Shown in pieces: positions 38,156-52,055 of a DNA stretch of 64,000 nt. The notes under the pieces are model-generated. The model saw only the letters and a list, made by a program, of their open reading frames with translations. It was not told where the DNA came from and searched no databases. The first letter of the stretch is position 1; every line of letters begins with the position of its first letter. Source of the stretch: Octopus vulgaris (lineage: Eukaryota). The DNA lies in assembly GCA_951406725.2 (NCBI GenBank), contig OX597816.1, forward strand, positions 73,780,001 through 73,844,000, in the 5' to 3' direction. A program made the position numbers and the translations under genes.

Positions 38156-38818
38156 TTATTTTCACTTTGCAAAAAAAGAAAACATTTTTAAAAGGATTTT
38201 TTCAATTATTAAATTTATATACATGTATTTTGGGTTTTTGCTTTATCAGTTTGTTTGTTTTTTTTAAATTCCTCTTGTGATCACGAAGACAGTTTCAGTG
38301 GTGATGACAATAAAGTACATGATGATGATCAGGAGGATGCTGATGAGGATGCTGATGACAGTGCTGATAAACAACTATTGATGTCAATAATTAATTCACT
38401 TCCAGCTGATAATGATAACCATGATGACGACGATGATGAAGACGACGATAATGATGATGATGTGATTATCCTCCTCCTCCTCCTCTTCCTTCTCCTCCTC
38501 CTCCTCATCATCATCATTATCATCCTCAAAATTATATACACAGGCTTCTGTCTCAGTTAAAATTTTTTTGCTTTGATGATGACAACAATGATGATGATGA
38601 TGGCAACGATGATGGCAATGATGATGATGATGATGATGATAGTGATGACGATGATGACGACGATGATGATCGTGGTGGTGATGATGATGATAATGATGAA
38701 CACCAATTACAACAGCCTAAGTCTACCAACATCCCATCATCTTCATCATCATCACCATCATTATCATCATCATCCTCATCATCATCATCACTGTCAGCAC
38801 CACTTTTAGAATCCATTA

Positions 38819-38967
38819 TTACGACCGAAACAAGAATCCCAATTCTTCAAGTTCTAGCTTCATGGCAATCTTCTGCTCTTCTGGCATGCTGACAAGCGGT
38901 AACCTTGTAGGGCCAAGATCCATGCCAAATAAGGACAACATGGCTTTCTCTCTGGAGACAAGTTCCT
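38819..38967 (-). CDS. NPL: NPL-like terminal exon: (E)ELVSREKAMLSLFGMDLGPTRLPLVSMPEEQKIAMKLELEELGFLFRS*
   Basis: ttttgcag acceptor, phase 1; KA.M...G.DLGPxRLPL motif of the NAL/DHDPS family; TAA stop. Confidence 0.9.
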
Positions 38968-39681
38968 CTGCAAAATAATTAAATAATACAGCATAATTAC
39001 ATGCATACAGAGCAGGAGATGTGTGTGCTAGTGTGTATATATATTTGTATGTGTATATGTGTGTGTGCATGTGTGTTCTGTGTGTGTGAGTGTATATGTA
39101 TGTGTTTGTGTGTGAATGTGTGTGCATGTGTGTATGATGTTTATGTATATTTGTATGTGTATATATGTCTGTGTGTGCATGTGTGTGTGCACATGTGCGT
39201 GTGCATGAATGTGTGTGTATGAGTGTGTGTATGTATGAATGTTTGTGTGTGTGTATATGAATGAATGTGTGTATGAGTGTGTGTGTGTCTATGAATGTGT
39301 GTGTGTGGGGGGGGGTAAAATTCTTCATTTCTTAATGGAAACAGGAAATTCCTTCAGAGAAAAGCGGAGCAAGGGAATTCCCGAGAAATCTGGAAGAGTA
39401 AAGAGATGGACCTCAGCTGCTTGATGGAGAAGGGTTCATTTATTTGCTCAACTGACCAGTGTGTCCATGCCTGAAGGAGGCACTGGATAAGGAGGTGGTG
39501 GTGGTGATAGAGAGAGAGAGAGTCAATGATAATGGCATGATGTGGGTGATGGTATTGATGGTGATGTGTGAAATTGTGGCAAGAATAACACATTGTGTTT
39601 GCTAACATATTTTAGTAATTTATTTGCTTTATTCATCGAGTTACAATAAAAACCGCCAGTATATATATATATATATATATC

Positions 39682-39950
39682 ATTGTGTCTAAGGTAAGTC
39701 ATTCTCTTTTAGTGCCTTATTACTTAATACACTCACCGGTTCGATCTCCATTCATTTACTTAAAATAAAAATAATTTAAAATATTAATATAAAATAAAAT
39801 AAATAAAGTAAATGAGTGGAAATTGAACAGGTGAGTGTGTTAAATAATAAGGCACTAAAAGTGAATGACTCTCCCCAGAGACAATAAAATATGCTTCAAG
39901 ACACGAATTCACATAAAGAATCTTGCAAACTAAATCCAAAATTGAAATAT
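39682..39950. repeat. Foldback repeat (~200 bp hairpin plus tail); related copy at about 7690-7860
   Basis: AGTCATTCTCTTTTAGTGCCTTATTA pairs with TAATAAGGCACTAAAAGTGAATGACT; adjacent to (TA)n. Confidence 0.65.
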
Positions 39951-41221
39951 ATAAATATATATTTATAACTGCCGCTCCATCTGTTATGACGACGAGGGTT
40001 CCAGTTGATCCAATTAATGGAACAGCCTGTTCATGAAATTAATAAGCAAGTAGCTGAACACTCCACACACGCACGTGTACCCTTAACATAGTTTTCAGGG
40101 AGATTCAGGATGACGCAGAGTGTGACAAGGCTGGCCCTTTGAATTACAGTTACAACTCATTTTTACCAGGTGAGTGGACTGGAGCAATGTGAAATAAAGT
40201 GCCTTGCTCAAGGACACAATCTGCTGTGGGTAATGAACTCATGACCTTATGACTGTAAGCCAAATACTCTAGTCACCAATCGACACACCTTTACAGTATA
40301 CATCATCATCATCATCATCTTTTAACGTCCGTTTTCCATGCTGGTATGGGTTGGATGATTCAACCAGAGCTGGGAAGCTGGAGAGCTGCACCAGGTCCCA
40401 TCCAGTCTGATTTGGTTTTGGTTTCTATGGCTGGATTCCCTTCCTAATGCCAACCACTTTACAGTGTATGATGGGTGCTTTTAATGTGCCACCAGTGCCT
40501 CTACATGGCACTGGCATGAGTGTCTTTTATGTGGCACTGACACAGGACTCTTCCGAGCGAATCTGCTGTGGAGGACAGGTCTTCTTGACTACAGCAAGGT
40601 GTCAGGTATCTCAGTCCTTTGTCATCTCATCTGAAAGGTTCAGCATTTTGAGGTCATCCTTCAGAGAGAGAGATGTGGGGGCAATAACTATATGATGCTA
40701 GGTGTGAAAAAAAATCTATTAATTAAAATAAATAAAACACTTCTGTATTTGATGACATAAAAGGTACGCCTGTTTATTAGATGCATCTTAAGTTCAGCTG
40801 CGCATATTCAGGTGGAAAAAGATTTTGTGCATGAAAGCATGTGATAGAAGCCCAACTTTGCAAACAGGACCCAGGGTGATGAGATGTTTTTGAAAAAAAA
40901 AGTACATCTCATATGCCATGAAATGTGATAGTAAAAAAAAAAAATCAACCAAAATTTTAGGCCCCTTCGTGACTTTTGGTTCATTACGGAGATAAAAGTA
41001 TAATTTTTGTTGTTGTCATCATTATTTACTGTCCACTTTCCTGTGCTTTCATTGGGGATGTGGAATTGGTTGAGGCAAATTACCTACGACTGGATGCCCT
41101 TCCTGTTGCCTACCCTTACCTGATTCCAAGTTAGGTAATATTCACCATGACCAGACATTTTTCACAGAATATAATATGTGTGTGTGCGTGCGTGTGTGTG
41201 CATGTATGAGAGAGGGGAAGG

Positions 41222-41269
<48 letters not shown>

Positions 41270-41321
41270 AAGAGAGAGAGAGAAAGAATGATTGAGTGAA
41301 AGAGTTATAAATTCTACCTAC

Positions 41322-41364
41322 CATTGTATTTGGAGGTAATTTTCACTACATTCACAGCCATCAA
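41322..41364 (-). CDS. NPL: NPL-like exon: LMAVNVVKITSKYN(E)
   Basis: cttgttccag acceptor, G|gtaggt donor, 43 nt, phase 0-1; joins the flanking exons in frame. Confidence 0.8.
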
Positions 41365-42244
41365 CTGGAACAAGAAAAACAGAAAAAAATGTCTGAAATA
41401 CGGTATATATAACATATAACAAATAGCAAAGATAACACAAATGTATATTTCGCTCAGGCATTGCATGACTTATAACCTGGTGTAAAACTCAATATACATA
41501 TGTTTCAGAAAGAAGCATTCGATGAGTTAAGAGCAGGAATAAGAAAAAGAGATGACAAAGGAATAAAATGATTGTCTGATGAACTTCATTAGCTTGCAGC
41601 TGTTTCTGCTATGAGATGCAGTTGAGTGCCTGAATAACACCTAATAGCTTCATCAGAGCCTTAAATATGAAGTGCAATATTGTTTGTCCCAGTGTCTCTC
41701 ATCTTATTTGTTTATTGCCCACAAGGGGCTAAACACAGAGGGGACAAACAAGGACAGGCAAAGGGATTGAGTCGATTACATTGACCCCAGGGTGTAACTG
41801 GAACTTAATTTATCAACCCTGAAAGGATGAAAGGTAAAGTCGACCTCAGTAGAATTTGAACTCAGAACGTAGCGGCTGACGGAATACTGCTAAGGATTTC
41901 GCCCAGTGTGCTAACGTTTCTGCCAGCTCACCGCCTTGTGTCTCATCTGGTCTCTCATCAGGTCACTACTGACCACATCTTTGTGATCATAATATTATTT
42001 TGGGTTCAGTTATTTAAAGCAACAAATTTTACCACTGTCCGTTGGTTAATCATTTTATTGGAGCTATTTGGTTACCACACTGATCACCATACTGACCATA
42101 CTGACCATTGGTTAACACAGTGACCACTGATTAACTCATGGTCATTAATTACTCCAATGACCATGAATTAACTTTATGACAATGGCCACAAAATTTGGAT
42201 GAAATATAGAAATTGTGTTATTCTGTTTTTAATGTAACCACGAC

Positions 42245-43012
42245 AGAGTGTAAGCACCCTGAGAGAAATGTTAGACATAAGAAACATCGGATATGGCATG
42301 CAAGAGAGACGTTTGTGTTGGTATGATCATGTACTGCAGATGGATGAGAAGAGCTGTGTGAAGAAGTGCCACTCCCAAACAGCGGAAGGAATCCGGGGTA
42401 GAGGGAAACCCAGGAAGACATGGGATGAGGTGGTGAAGAATGACCTTTGAATGTTGGGCCTCGCAGAGGCAGTGACAAAAGGCCGAGACCTCTGGACCTC
42501 TGTGACTGAGAAAACCCAGCAAATAAAGTGAGTCCACAACTGTAACCTACACCAGTGTCGCATAACCAACCCACTCCAAATACCTTGGATTGTAGGGCGA
42601 CATGCCATGCTTGAGGAGACCTATTCAGTCAAGTACATCAACATCAACATGAATATCAAAATCAAATCAAATGGAAATTGTAGTTGTGAGCCCTGTGCTG
42701 GCAGCACGTAAAAAGCACCATCCAAACATGGCCGATGCCAGTGTTGCTTTGACTGGCTCCTGTGCCAGTGGAACATAAAAAGCACCATCCGATCGTGATC
42801 GATGCCAGCTTCTCTGGCCCCTGTACCAGTGGCATGTAAAAAGTACCCACTACACTCTGTGAGTGACTGGCGTTAGGAAGGGCATCCAGCTGTAGAAACA
42901 CTGCCAGATCACACTGGGGCCTGGTGCAGCCTCCTGGCTTCCCAGACCCCAGTCGAACCGTCCAACCCATGCCAGCATGGAAAATGGACATTAAACGATG
43001 ATGATGATGATG
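42245..43012 (+). mobile_element. RTE-clade LINE 3' end with (GAT)n tail
   Basis: ERRLCWYDHVLQMDE...RGRGKPRKTWDEVVKNDL, then the common tail GGAAGGGCATCCAGCTGTAGAAAC...AACCCATGCCAGCATGG...(GAT)n, which is also seen near 27180, 28360, 30130, 40310, 44820, 46130, 57230 and 57550. Confidence 0.85.
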
Positions 43013-43210
43013 ACTTAACTATGCCTGAAAGTGTTGTCTCTCTGGTTTAACTTATAAAACGGTGGAGTGAATCAAGAGTAATGATGACCAATAGTTGATG
43101 CGAAAGACAAGAATATTTGGTTGCTGATAGAATCATTGGAATATCAAAGTTTGTTCTTTATTAGAAAGATAGAGCATGAAATTAATGTTTCTTAAAAATA
43201 AAATTCTTAC

Positions 43211-43336
43211 TTGGTCTCTTTGAGCAGTTTCTGAGTCTCCAGCTTCTAAGGCATTTTTCATTCTGTTGTATATAGGTGCCATATAAGCAGGAATAGCCAG
43301 ACATGGAATTCCTATAGATAACGACGGTAACATATC
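43211..43336 (-). CDS. NPL: NPL-like exon: DMLPSLSIGIPCLAIPAYMAPIYNRMKNALEAGDSETAQRDQ
   Basis: cttttccag acceptor, CAA|gtaaga donor, 126 nt, phase 0-0; A..GD...A...Q helix pattern of the family. Confidence 0.88.
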
Positions 43337-44540
43337 CTGGAAAAGAAAACAGGAAAATAAAAAAGAGAAAATTTTCCTGAAACTTAAGTTAGAGTTAGAA
43401 GGGACGTACAACAAATACCTAGAACAAACAAAATTGACAACTGATATATCTGCTGGGATCTTACTGAAGGTTTTTTATTTTGATGAGCAAAATACTGCAT
43501 CCAGTGATGAGTCCTAGGAGTTTAGGAATTTAGGGGATGTATGGTTTTACTCCTTAGTCACCACTACTGTCATGTCCTGTCTGGCCCAGGTGTAGTTGTA
43601 CCCATCGAGGACCCCAGTTATGGATCAAGTGGTAGATGGTTCTGAGTCTAAGTTGTACAGGACGTGGAGAAAGGTTGGCCCCTAGACATATGCCACTCAG
43701 ACACACCAAGTCTGAGGACATGCTTTGGCATTATGTAAATCAGTTGCCCCATTTAGAAGTCAAGCAAGCCTTGTGCATCATGGGTAATGGGAGCAAGCAG
43801 GAGACCAGGAGAGTGAAATGTAAATAAACTGGCAGAAGACAATGGGGTGACCACTGCTGTATATCTCCCACCCCACAAAAAAAACATGAACCTTCAGAGT
43901 TTGGCATGGAGGTCTATGATTGTGACAGGCTTGAAAAAGAGGCATGACACATGAAGTGTATGGGGGGGGAGAAGCAAAAATTCAACTGGAAAGAAAAGAT
44001 ATTGAAGTAAATTATTTGTATAAGAAAACTAAGGGAAACTTGGTCGGTGAATATGATGCAACGAGTAAAATATAAATTTGTATGATGTGAGGGGTGAGTC
44101 TTTGGATAGGGTCACAGAGACAGATGATCACTGGACTTAGATGGAGTAGATTTTGTCCTGTGTTGCATGGAGATCGTTACAGTTTGTTGGGAGTCATTAG
44201 ACTATGCCCATACTGGAGCACAGCCTTGAAAGACTTAGTCAAGCAAACTGATTTCAGAACTTAGGTTCTTTTAAGTGTGGTATTTATTCTATCAGTATCT
44301 TTTGACAAACTGCTATGTTATGGAGGTGTAAACAAACCAACACCAGTCGTTAAGCACTGTAGTTATAAACACACATGCAAATACACATATGAATTTATAT
44401 ATCACGCTTCTTACAATTTCTCTGTACAAAATCTACCCACAGGGCTTTAGTTAGCCCAGGGCTATAATAGAAGGTATCTGCTCAAGGTACCATGCGGTGG
44501 GACTGATCCCAAAACCACATGGCAAGAAATTTCCCCAAGA

Positions 44541-44582
44541 CCCCTGATGAAGGCTGGAGGGTATATCAGCCGAAATGTTGTG
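44541..44582 (+). ncRNA. Penelope-type hammerhead-like core, weak stem I
   Basis: CTGATGA-A-GGCTG...CAGCC-GAAA-TGTTG. Confidence 0.35.
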
Positions 44583-47139
44583 CTAACAACAAACAAGATG
44601 AGGTCAAATATCCATCAAATGTAAATAATGTAAATAATTCCTCATCTCTTAAATATAGAACCGTATTGAGAAGACCTGTCAAGCCAAGTGAAATCGTAGC
44701 CATAGCTGATCCCAGTTCCAGTTGACTGGTATCTGAAAAGCACTGTCTGAGAGCATGGCCGATGCTGGTGTCACATCAATGACACCTGTACCAGTGGCAC
44801 GTAAAAAGCACCCACTACACTCTTGGAGTGGTTGGTGTTAGGAAGGGCATCCAGCTGTAGAAACCATGCCAAACCAGATCAGAACCCGGTGAAGCTCCCT
44901 GACTCTCCAGAACTCAGTCAAACCTATTTCTTTACTACCCACAAGGGGCTAAACACAGAGGGGACAAACAAGGACAGACAAACGGATTAAGTCGATTATA
45001 TCGACCCCAGTGCGTAACTGGTACTTATTTAATCGACCCTGAAAGGATGAAAGGCAAAGTAGACCTTGGTGGGATTAGAACTCAGAATGTAGCGGCAGAC
45101 AAAATACCGCTAGAAATTTCGCCCAGCATGCTAACGTTTCAGCCAGCTCGTCGCCTTGTCAGTCAAACTGTCCAACCCATGCCAGCATGGAAAGCAGACA
45201 TTAAACAACGATAACGATGATGGTGAACAAAGAATTTAGTATCATTAGTAAATTGGTGTTTGGAAAATAAATCAACACGAACTTTTGATGGATGCTTTTT
45301 GTATTTAGTTAAATTTAACCTATTCATGCCGATCGTCTGTTTAAACTGACAATTTATAAGGGTACCATTTCTCTGTTTTTTTTCCGTTCTTGTTTTTGCT
45401 GCTTTCTTCCAAGGAATCTAATGCTCTTAGCTTAGTTTTTCCTTGGGGCTGGCCAAACTGGAGCAATCTCAAGTGTAACCAGCCAAAATTGCAAAGATAA
45501 TCTGGAACTCGACTGAGGAAAGAAAACTCCAAATGACCTGTCCTTGTTTTTTCTTGTCCCTGTTTTGTATCATCTGTCTGGATGTGTTGTTGTCCCTTTT
45601 TTTGTATCATCTAACTGTCTGGATGTTTTGCGTTCTTGTCTCATTTTTGGTATTCATTCAATCTGTCCTTCCTCCTGAGAAATCACCTTCAGATGCTGAG
45701 CCCCATGGAAGAGATGACAAAGGACCAGAATGACTGGCAATCTGCTGTGCTTGAGAAAACCTGTCCATCTGAGAAAAAACTGAGGCCCTAAAGATATGTT
45801 GTTTACCCCTTTGCCCCAGCATATAATCTGTCCTTGACAAGTCTTTCCTTAACAACTCATCTTCCTTACACCCCCTCCCTTCACCTGTGTTCACTCACTG
45901 CATTCCCCTCCCCCTCCATCTCCCACTCTCCTTTCCTGCTCTCACAAACTTACCCACCCACTCACTTATATACACCTCCTGGTAACTTGAGGGTACGCAT
46001 TCTGTTATATCTTCCTAACCATCTTGTCACTTGCTCCTTTTCCAACTGAGATTAGCCTTATATCCCCTCCAATGAAAGTCACCTATTACTGTCCCCCCTG
46101 TTCATAATGTAACCTCTCATCATCATCATCATCATCATTTAACGCCCGTTTTCCATGCTGGCATGAGTTGGATGGTTTGACTAGGGACTGGCAAGCTAGA
46201 AGGCCGCACCAGGCTCCAATCCAATCTGGCAATATTTCTACAGCTGGATGCCCTTCCTAACGCCAACCACTCCGAGAGTGTAGTGGGTACTTTTTACGTG
46301 CCACTGGGAAGCCAGTCAGGCAGCACTGGCAAAGACCCACGCATGAATGGTGCTTACTGCACAAAGCTGTCTTCCCTCCAAAACTACTCCCACCTCAATT
46401 GAGTGGGGAAGGTCATGTCATGCAACTTTGTGACTGCACAGGTAAAAGCCACCCATGGATTCTGTGAAGTGGTTGGTATCAGAAATGGCATCCAACCATT
46501 GAAACCATTGCCAAATAGACACTGGTACACGATGCAGTCCTGTGACCCCCCTGGGTGTAGAGTGCCCAATGTTAACCTAAGTTTGTTATGATTGGGTATA
46601 GGTGGGGCCAATAATGCAATGTTCTGTCCAGAGGCTTGCAAGGCTTTTAAGATGACCCATCAAATCCTGTCAAACCGTCCAACCCATCCCATCATTGAAG
46701 ACAGATATTAAATGACGGTGATTACGATAATGTCAAGATGATGATGATATATACATATTGTTACATGTGCCCTCCCTGTTTCAAGGGGACAGCTCACCAA
46801 TACTCCCCAGTTCCATTACTGATTGCTTCTATTTGGCTCACCATTGGCATTTCTTTGGAAAGGGTTCATGACAAAGTCCCAAGCCCTTTCCCGAAGACTG
46901 TTGTCTTCTCCTGTGTCTTCATTCACTTTATCTTATGTCATGCCACATGCCCCACTGTCACACCTTCAAGTCCATTGACTTGTTTGGTTCTTCTGCAAGC
47001 TTATGCCATTCCAGGTTTGATGTTCTAAGGGATAGACATTCCCACTGTCAGGCATTGCCCTTCAGTTCACTCACATTGTTTAGCTGGTCAGATGAAACCA
47101 GGAACAAGTGTGTGGCCACTGCTGTACACTACAGCATCT

Positions 47140-47370
47140 CTTTCTTTATTACCCACAAGGGGCTAAACATAGAGGGGACAAACAAGGACAGACAAACGGA
47201 TTAAGTCAATTACATTGACCCCAGTGCGTAACTGGTACTTAATTTATCGACCCCGAAAGGATGAAAAGCAAAGTCGACCTCGGCAGAATTTGAACTCAGA
47301 AAGTAGCGGCAGACGAAATACCGCTAAGCATTTCGCCTTACATGCTAACGTTTCTGCCAGCTCGCCGCCT
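47140..47370 (-). mobile_element. Full-length SINE family A with 17-bp TSD
   Basis: TGTACACTACAGCATCT at 47123-47139 and 47371-47387. Confidence 0.92.
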
Positions 47371-47798
47371 TGTACACTACAGCATCTGTGGAGTCAATGG
47401 AAACCTTAAGGCAGAGGCACCATAGGATATTTGCCCTGTGACCCCCATGGGTGTAGAGTGCCCAATGTTAACCAAAGTGTGTCATGATTGGGTATAGGTG
47501 GGGCTGATAAAGCAGTGTTCTGTCCAGAAGCTTTTAAGATGGCCCTTTACACCACTGCAACTCATGAATAACCGAAACCATTATATTCCTTATATATACT
47601 CCTGACCAGTATATTCAAAGGGTTAAACATTTATTAAGAATTGAAAGCAAATATGAAGGAGGAGAAGGAAGAGGAAGAGAGGATAAATAAGAAGGGGAGG
47701 AGGAAGAAGAGGTAGGAAGAGGAAGAAGAGGTAGGAAGAGGAAGAAGTGGGGAAGGATGTGGAGGAAGAGGATGTTTCATGAACAAAACACTATTTAC

Positions 47799-47944
47799 CC
47801 CAGGAGTCTCTATGACAACTTGCAGTTTCCGTCGATCGAGATGTGCGCAGACCAGAGATTTGGTCAGACAGTCTGTGCAATCTTTCATTCCATGAAGAGT
47901 CGGAATCTTCAACATGGCTAACTGCATGACTTTCACTTCGTCCA
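47799..47944 (-). CDS. NPL: NPL-like exon with the Schiff-base Lys: (L)DEVKVMQLAMLKIPTLHGMKDCTDCLTKSLVCAHLDRRKLQVVIETPG
   Basis: ggtttcag acceptor, GGG|gtaaat donor, 146 nt, phase 1-0; KIPTLHGMK aligns with NPL KIPTFQGLK. Confidence 0.9.
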
Positions 47945-49226
47945 CTGAAACCAAAACCAACACTGAGTGAGTTTAAAATACATCATATGAATGAGCATAC
48001 ACACACATATATTTTTTAAACCTTTACAAGAAGAGAGATGATAGTGACTTCGAAGTTTTAGCTTAATAGCCTTTCTTGGACTTTGTCAGAAGACTAGAAT
48101 GTCAAGGCTTCGAAGTCACTGTCACCCCACTTGCAAAAATTCGTTGAGGGAGTGCCCGAGTATGGCCACAGTCTAATAATCAAAATAAGTAAAAGATAAA
48201 AGATATGGCCTTTAATAAAAACTGTTGAGTAATTCTTCAATTTAATGTCAAATTGCTTTTATAATTTTCCATAAAAAAAAAACCCCATTAATATTAATAA
48301 AATCATTTAATTGTCTGGAAATACACAACATGCTATACAAGCTTGTCTGACCATTGTATTTTCAGGAGCATGAAACTAACGGTAGCTCACATTTAAATCT
48401 TTTGTATATTAAATGATATCTAATATACACAGTATGGGCCCTTTCCTTGGTGATACCATCAATAACAGAACAGCACATCATATATACATATTGAGGCAGC
48501 AAGCTGGCTGAGTTGCTAGCATGCAAAGCAAAATGCTTGATGGTGTTATGTCTGTCTTTATGTTCTGAGTTCAAATTCTGCTGAGGTCAACTTTGCCTTT
48601 CATCCTTCTGGGGGTCGATGAAATAGGTAACAGTTGCTTACTGGGGGTCGTTGTCATTCACTTGCCCCTCACACCGAATTTCAGCCCTTGCACCTATAGT
48701 ATAAAGGATTATACACACACACACCTCTATTATCTTTTTACTTGTGTCATTTATTTGACCGTGGCCATGCTGGGGCACTCCCTTGAGGTAATTTTAGTCA
48801 AACAAATCGCCCCCAGTACTTATTTTTTGAAGCCTGGTACTTGTTCTATCGGGGATGTAAACACACCAACACTGGTTGTCAAGCAGTGGTGGTGGGGGCA
48901 AACACATACACACACAAATGTATATATACACAATGGGTTTCTTTCAGTTTCCGTCTATCAAATCCGTTCGCAAGGCTTTGGTCAGCCTGCAGCTATAGTA
49001 GAAGACACTTGCCCAAGGGTCTATGCAGTAGGACTGAACCTAGAACCATATGGTTGGTAAGCAAGCTTCTTACCACACAGTCACTCCTGCACCTATATAT
49101 ATATATATGTGTGTGTGTGTGTATGTATGTATATTTATGTATATGTATATTTATGTATATGTATATATATATATGTATATATAAATGTATACACATATAT
49201 GCATATCTATATATACATATATATGC

Positions 49227-49273
<47 letters not shown>

Positions 49274-50249
49274 CATAAGTTCAGCAAAAATTTAGATTCA
49301 AATGAATATGGTACTTAATTTAGATGCACCAGAATTTTGTATGGTGTTATCCATAAAAATTTGTGGGGTGATTATAATCAAAATAAGCAACAAGAATGAT
49401 TCCGGTAATTTGGTACAATCGTTTCGTACTACATCATTTTATTAAATGTTGTAAGTATTACAACAGATTTAAGATGCTGTGTACTCATCAGCCAATTATA
49501 GAGGTTTTCCATTAATACAAAAGTTTTCAAATCAAGTGGCAACATTATAGAGAAGGTAGATATACAGACAAAGATGTGGATTTCAATTTTAAGAGCATAT
49601 GAGGTAGTGAAGTCCTTCCACTGACTGACCAAGATATGGCTGTTCCTAACTGCAATAAGGTTAGAAGTAATAAAGATTTTTTAATTGTAGAAATGGGGTA
49701 AAGGAAGTTTCAGAACACCATAAAAGGAATTCATGTTGAAGACAGCAATTGCCACTAACAAATGCCAATTATTGCTATTTGGTGTGAGAAACTAGGTCAA
49801 TGTCAAATGGTCTTAATCCCATTTACAGAGAGTGTAATTTAGAGAAAAAAAAAGGGGAAAAACCTATCACTTATTATTATGAGTAGGCATAGTATTTTAT
49901 AACTGGGGGAAAGCCTTATTAATTTTAAAGCTAGATTAAATTTAGAAAAAAATTCCAATTTCAAGTTTGCAGTGAAGTTTTATTAGTCATCTATGAATGT
50001 TAAATTGAAAGCTAGTATAGTATATTTCTTATTATTTGATTATAAAGAATTAAAATTTGAAAAATATAGAAATACTCACAGAATTATTATTTAAAATATT
50101 TAAATGTTCAGGCTGTGCAATGTATACAAGATGCTCCCAACTCCAGACGATTATTCAACAGATTTGTATTACTCTGATGTTTTAAAATTTCATAAATTTC
50201 CATAGAACAAAGTTGACAACCTTCCCTACTATTTCTATAAGGTTGAATA

Positions 50250-50975
50250 CATCACATGACCAAACCAGCACAGTCTTCTCTCTTGCACACAGCAACCAAC
50301 TCCTCTTATGCCAAACTTCTCTCTCAATATGCCAGCCCTCTGTTGAACATGTACACTTACATTACACATCCAGCAGAGCATACTAGCCTCATTCCTTTCC
50401 AACCTTCACATGTCCTCTTCATTCAGGACCCACATCTCCCTACCATGTAGAATTGCTCTCCATATACATGCATCATGCAATCTTCCTTTCACATGGGAAG
50501 TGAAACCTTTCATGGCCAACAGAGGTAACATCTCTCTGAATTTCCTCCCTCCTATTCTTATTCTAGCTATCACACTCTCTGTGCATCCTCTCCACACAAC
50601 TAATTTGGTCCCCTAGATAGCAGAAATTATCTACTGCCTCTAATGAGCCACCAGGGCATTTGATGGAATTAATTTCCTGAGTCTCTGAGGTTTTTAAGGA
50701 TTCTATGCATCTTCCACAAACTAACACTACCTTCTCAGGTAACCTTCCAATTAACCCACTGCTCATCTGGTGTGTTCATAGCTTGCACTGGGTCCACCAT
50801 ATGGAGTTCCTACCTACACCTTTCCTACAAATTGATCAGGGTCACCTGCCTGAGGGGTGTAGAGTCCTGGCAGTTTTCTGGCTTATTAGGACCTTAATCT
50901 TTGCTAAGTTAACCTTAAGGCCCTTAGATCCCAGGTTTTGCTTCCACACCTGGAAATTTTTCATCTAGCTCTGAT
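50250..50975 (-). mobile_element. RTE-clade LINE internal fragment
   Basis: GLKVNLAKIK, LEAVDNFCYLGD and ARIRIG..KFRE..PLL...KGRLHDAC in shifted frames. Confidence 0.8.
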
Positions 50976-51376
50976 ATGGAATCCACTATGAGGGGGCTTC
51001 TGTTAGTTTCAGTCTACCAAATCCACTCACTCGCCCAAGGTGCCACATAGTGGGACTGAACCAGGAACCATGTGGTTGGGAAGCAAACTTCTTACCACAC
51101 AGCCATGCCTGTGCCTATATACATACATACATATATACATACATATATATATATACATATATATTTAAGCATGTGAGTATTTTACATATGTTTGTATCAT
51201 CCTGTTGGTCACTTTCTCTCATTCCTTTCTCCATTTCTTGCTTTATACTGTAATTAACATCAAAAAATGATCTATGACTGCTATGGACTGTAACGACATG
51301 AACAATTAATTAATGCAAGAGACGAGCACAACAACAACAACAACACAGAGATGAATGGAGCAACGAAGCTACTTAC

Positions 51377-51469
51377 AGTGGACATGCGTCATACGAGGGA
51401 TGCTGTAGTAGAAAAATGGTGTGGATGGTGCTGCTGCCGCCACTTGAGACAAATAATTTATTAAGTTCT
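51377..51469 (-). CDS. NPL: NPL-like exon with the catalytic Tyr: (E)NLINYLSQVAAAAPSTPFFYYSIPRMTHVH(L)
   Basis: ccatttcag acceptor, gtaagt donor, 93 nt, phase 1-1; VAAAAP..PF.YY.IP motif. Confidence 0.95.
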
Positions 51470-51661
51470 CTGAAATGGAGACAAGAAAAGAACCAAGATA
51501 ATTCAAACTTTAATGACATGCATGTGTGTGTGTGTAGATAGAATATATATCAGAAATATCACTGCTGTTAGCATCACTATCATCACCATCATCATCATTG
51601 TTGTCATCATTATCATTTACCATCATCATTATTCGCCCCGCGTTGGGCGAAGCTATTAAAT

Positions 51662-52055
51662 AGGCACAGGAGTGGCTGTGTGGTAAGTAGCTTGCTTACC
51701 AACCACATGCGTGGCATCTTGGGCAAGTGTCTTCTACTATAGCCTCGGGCCGAACAAAGCCTTGTGAGTAGATTTGGTAGACAGAAACTGAAAGATGCCT
51801 GTTATATATATGTATATATATGTGTGTGTGTGTGTGTGCGCGCGCGTGTATGTATATGTTTGTGTGCCTGTGTTCGTCCCCCTAACATCGCTTGGCAACC
51901 GATGCTGGTGTGTTTGCGTCCCCGTCACTTAGCAGTTTGGCAAGAGAGACAGACAGAATAAGTACTAGGCTTACAAAGAATAAGTCCTGGGGTCGATTTG
52001 TTCGACTAAAGGCGGTGCTCCAGCATGGCCGCAGTCAAATGACTGAAGCAAATAA
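51662..52055 (+). mobile_element. SINE family B, near full length
   Basis: Head, CORE-like block, TA/TG microsatellite, 3' GGTGCTCCAGCATGGCCGCAGTCAAATGACTGAA. Confidence 0.82.

Noticed and set aside
40420-40436. X-box-like GTTTCTATGGCT, also near 63943
   Set aside because: Part of the common RTE-derived tail repeat, not a promoter context
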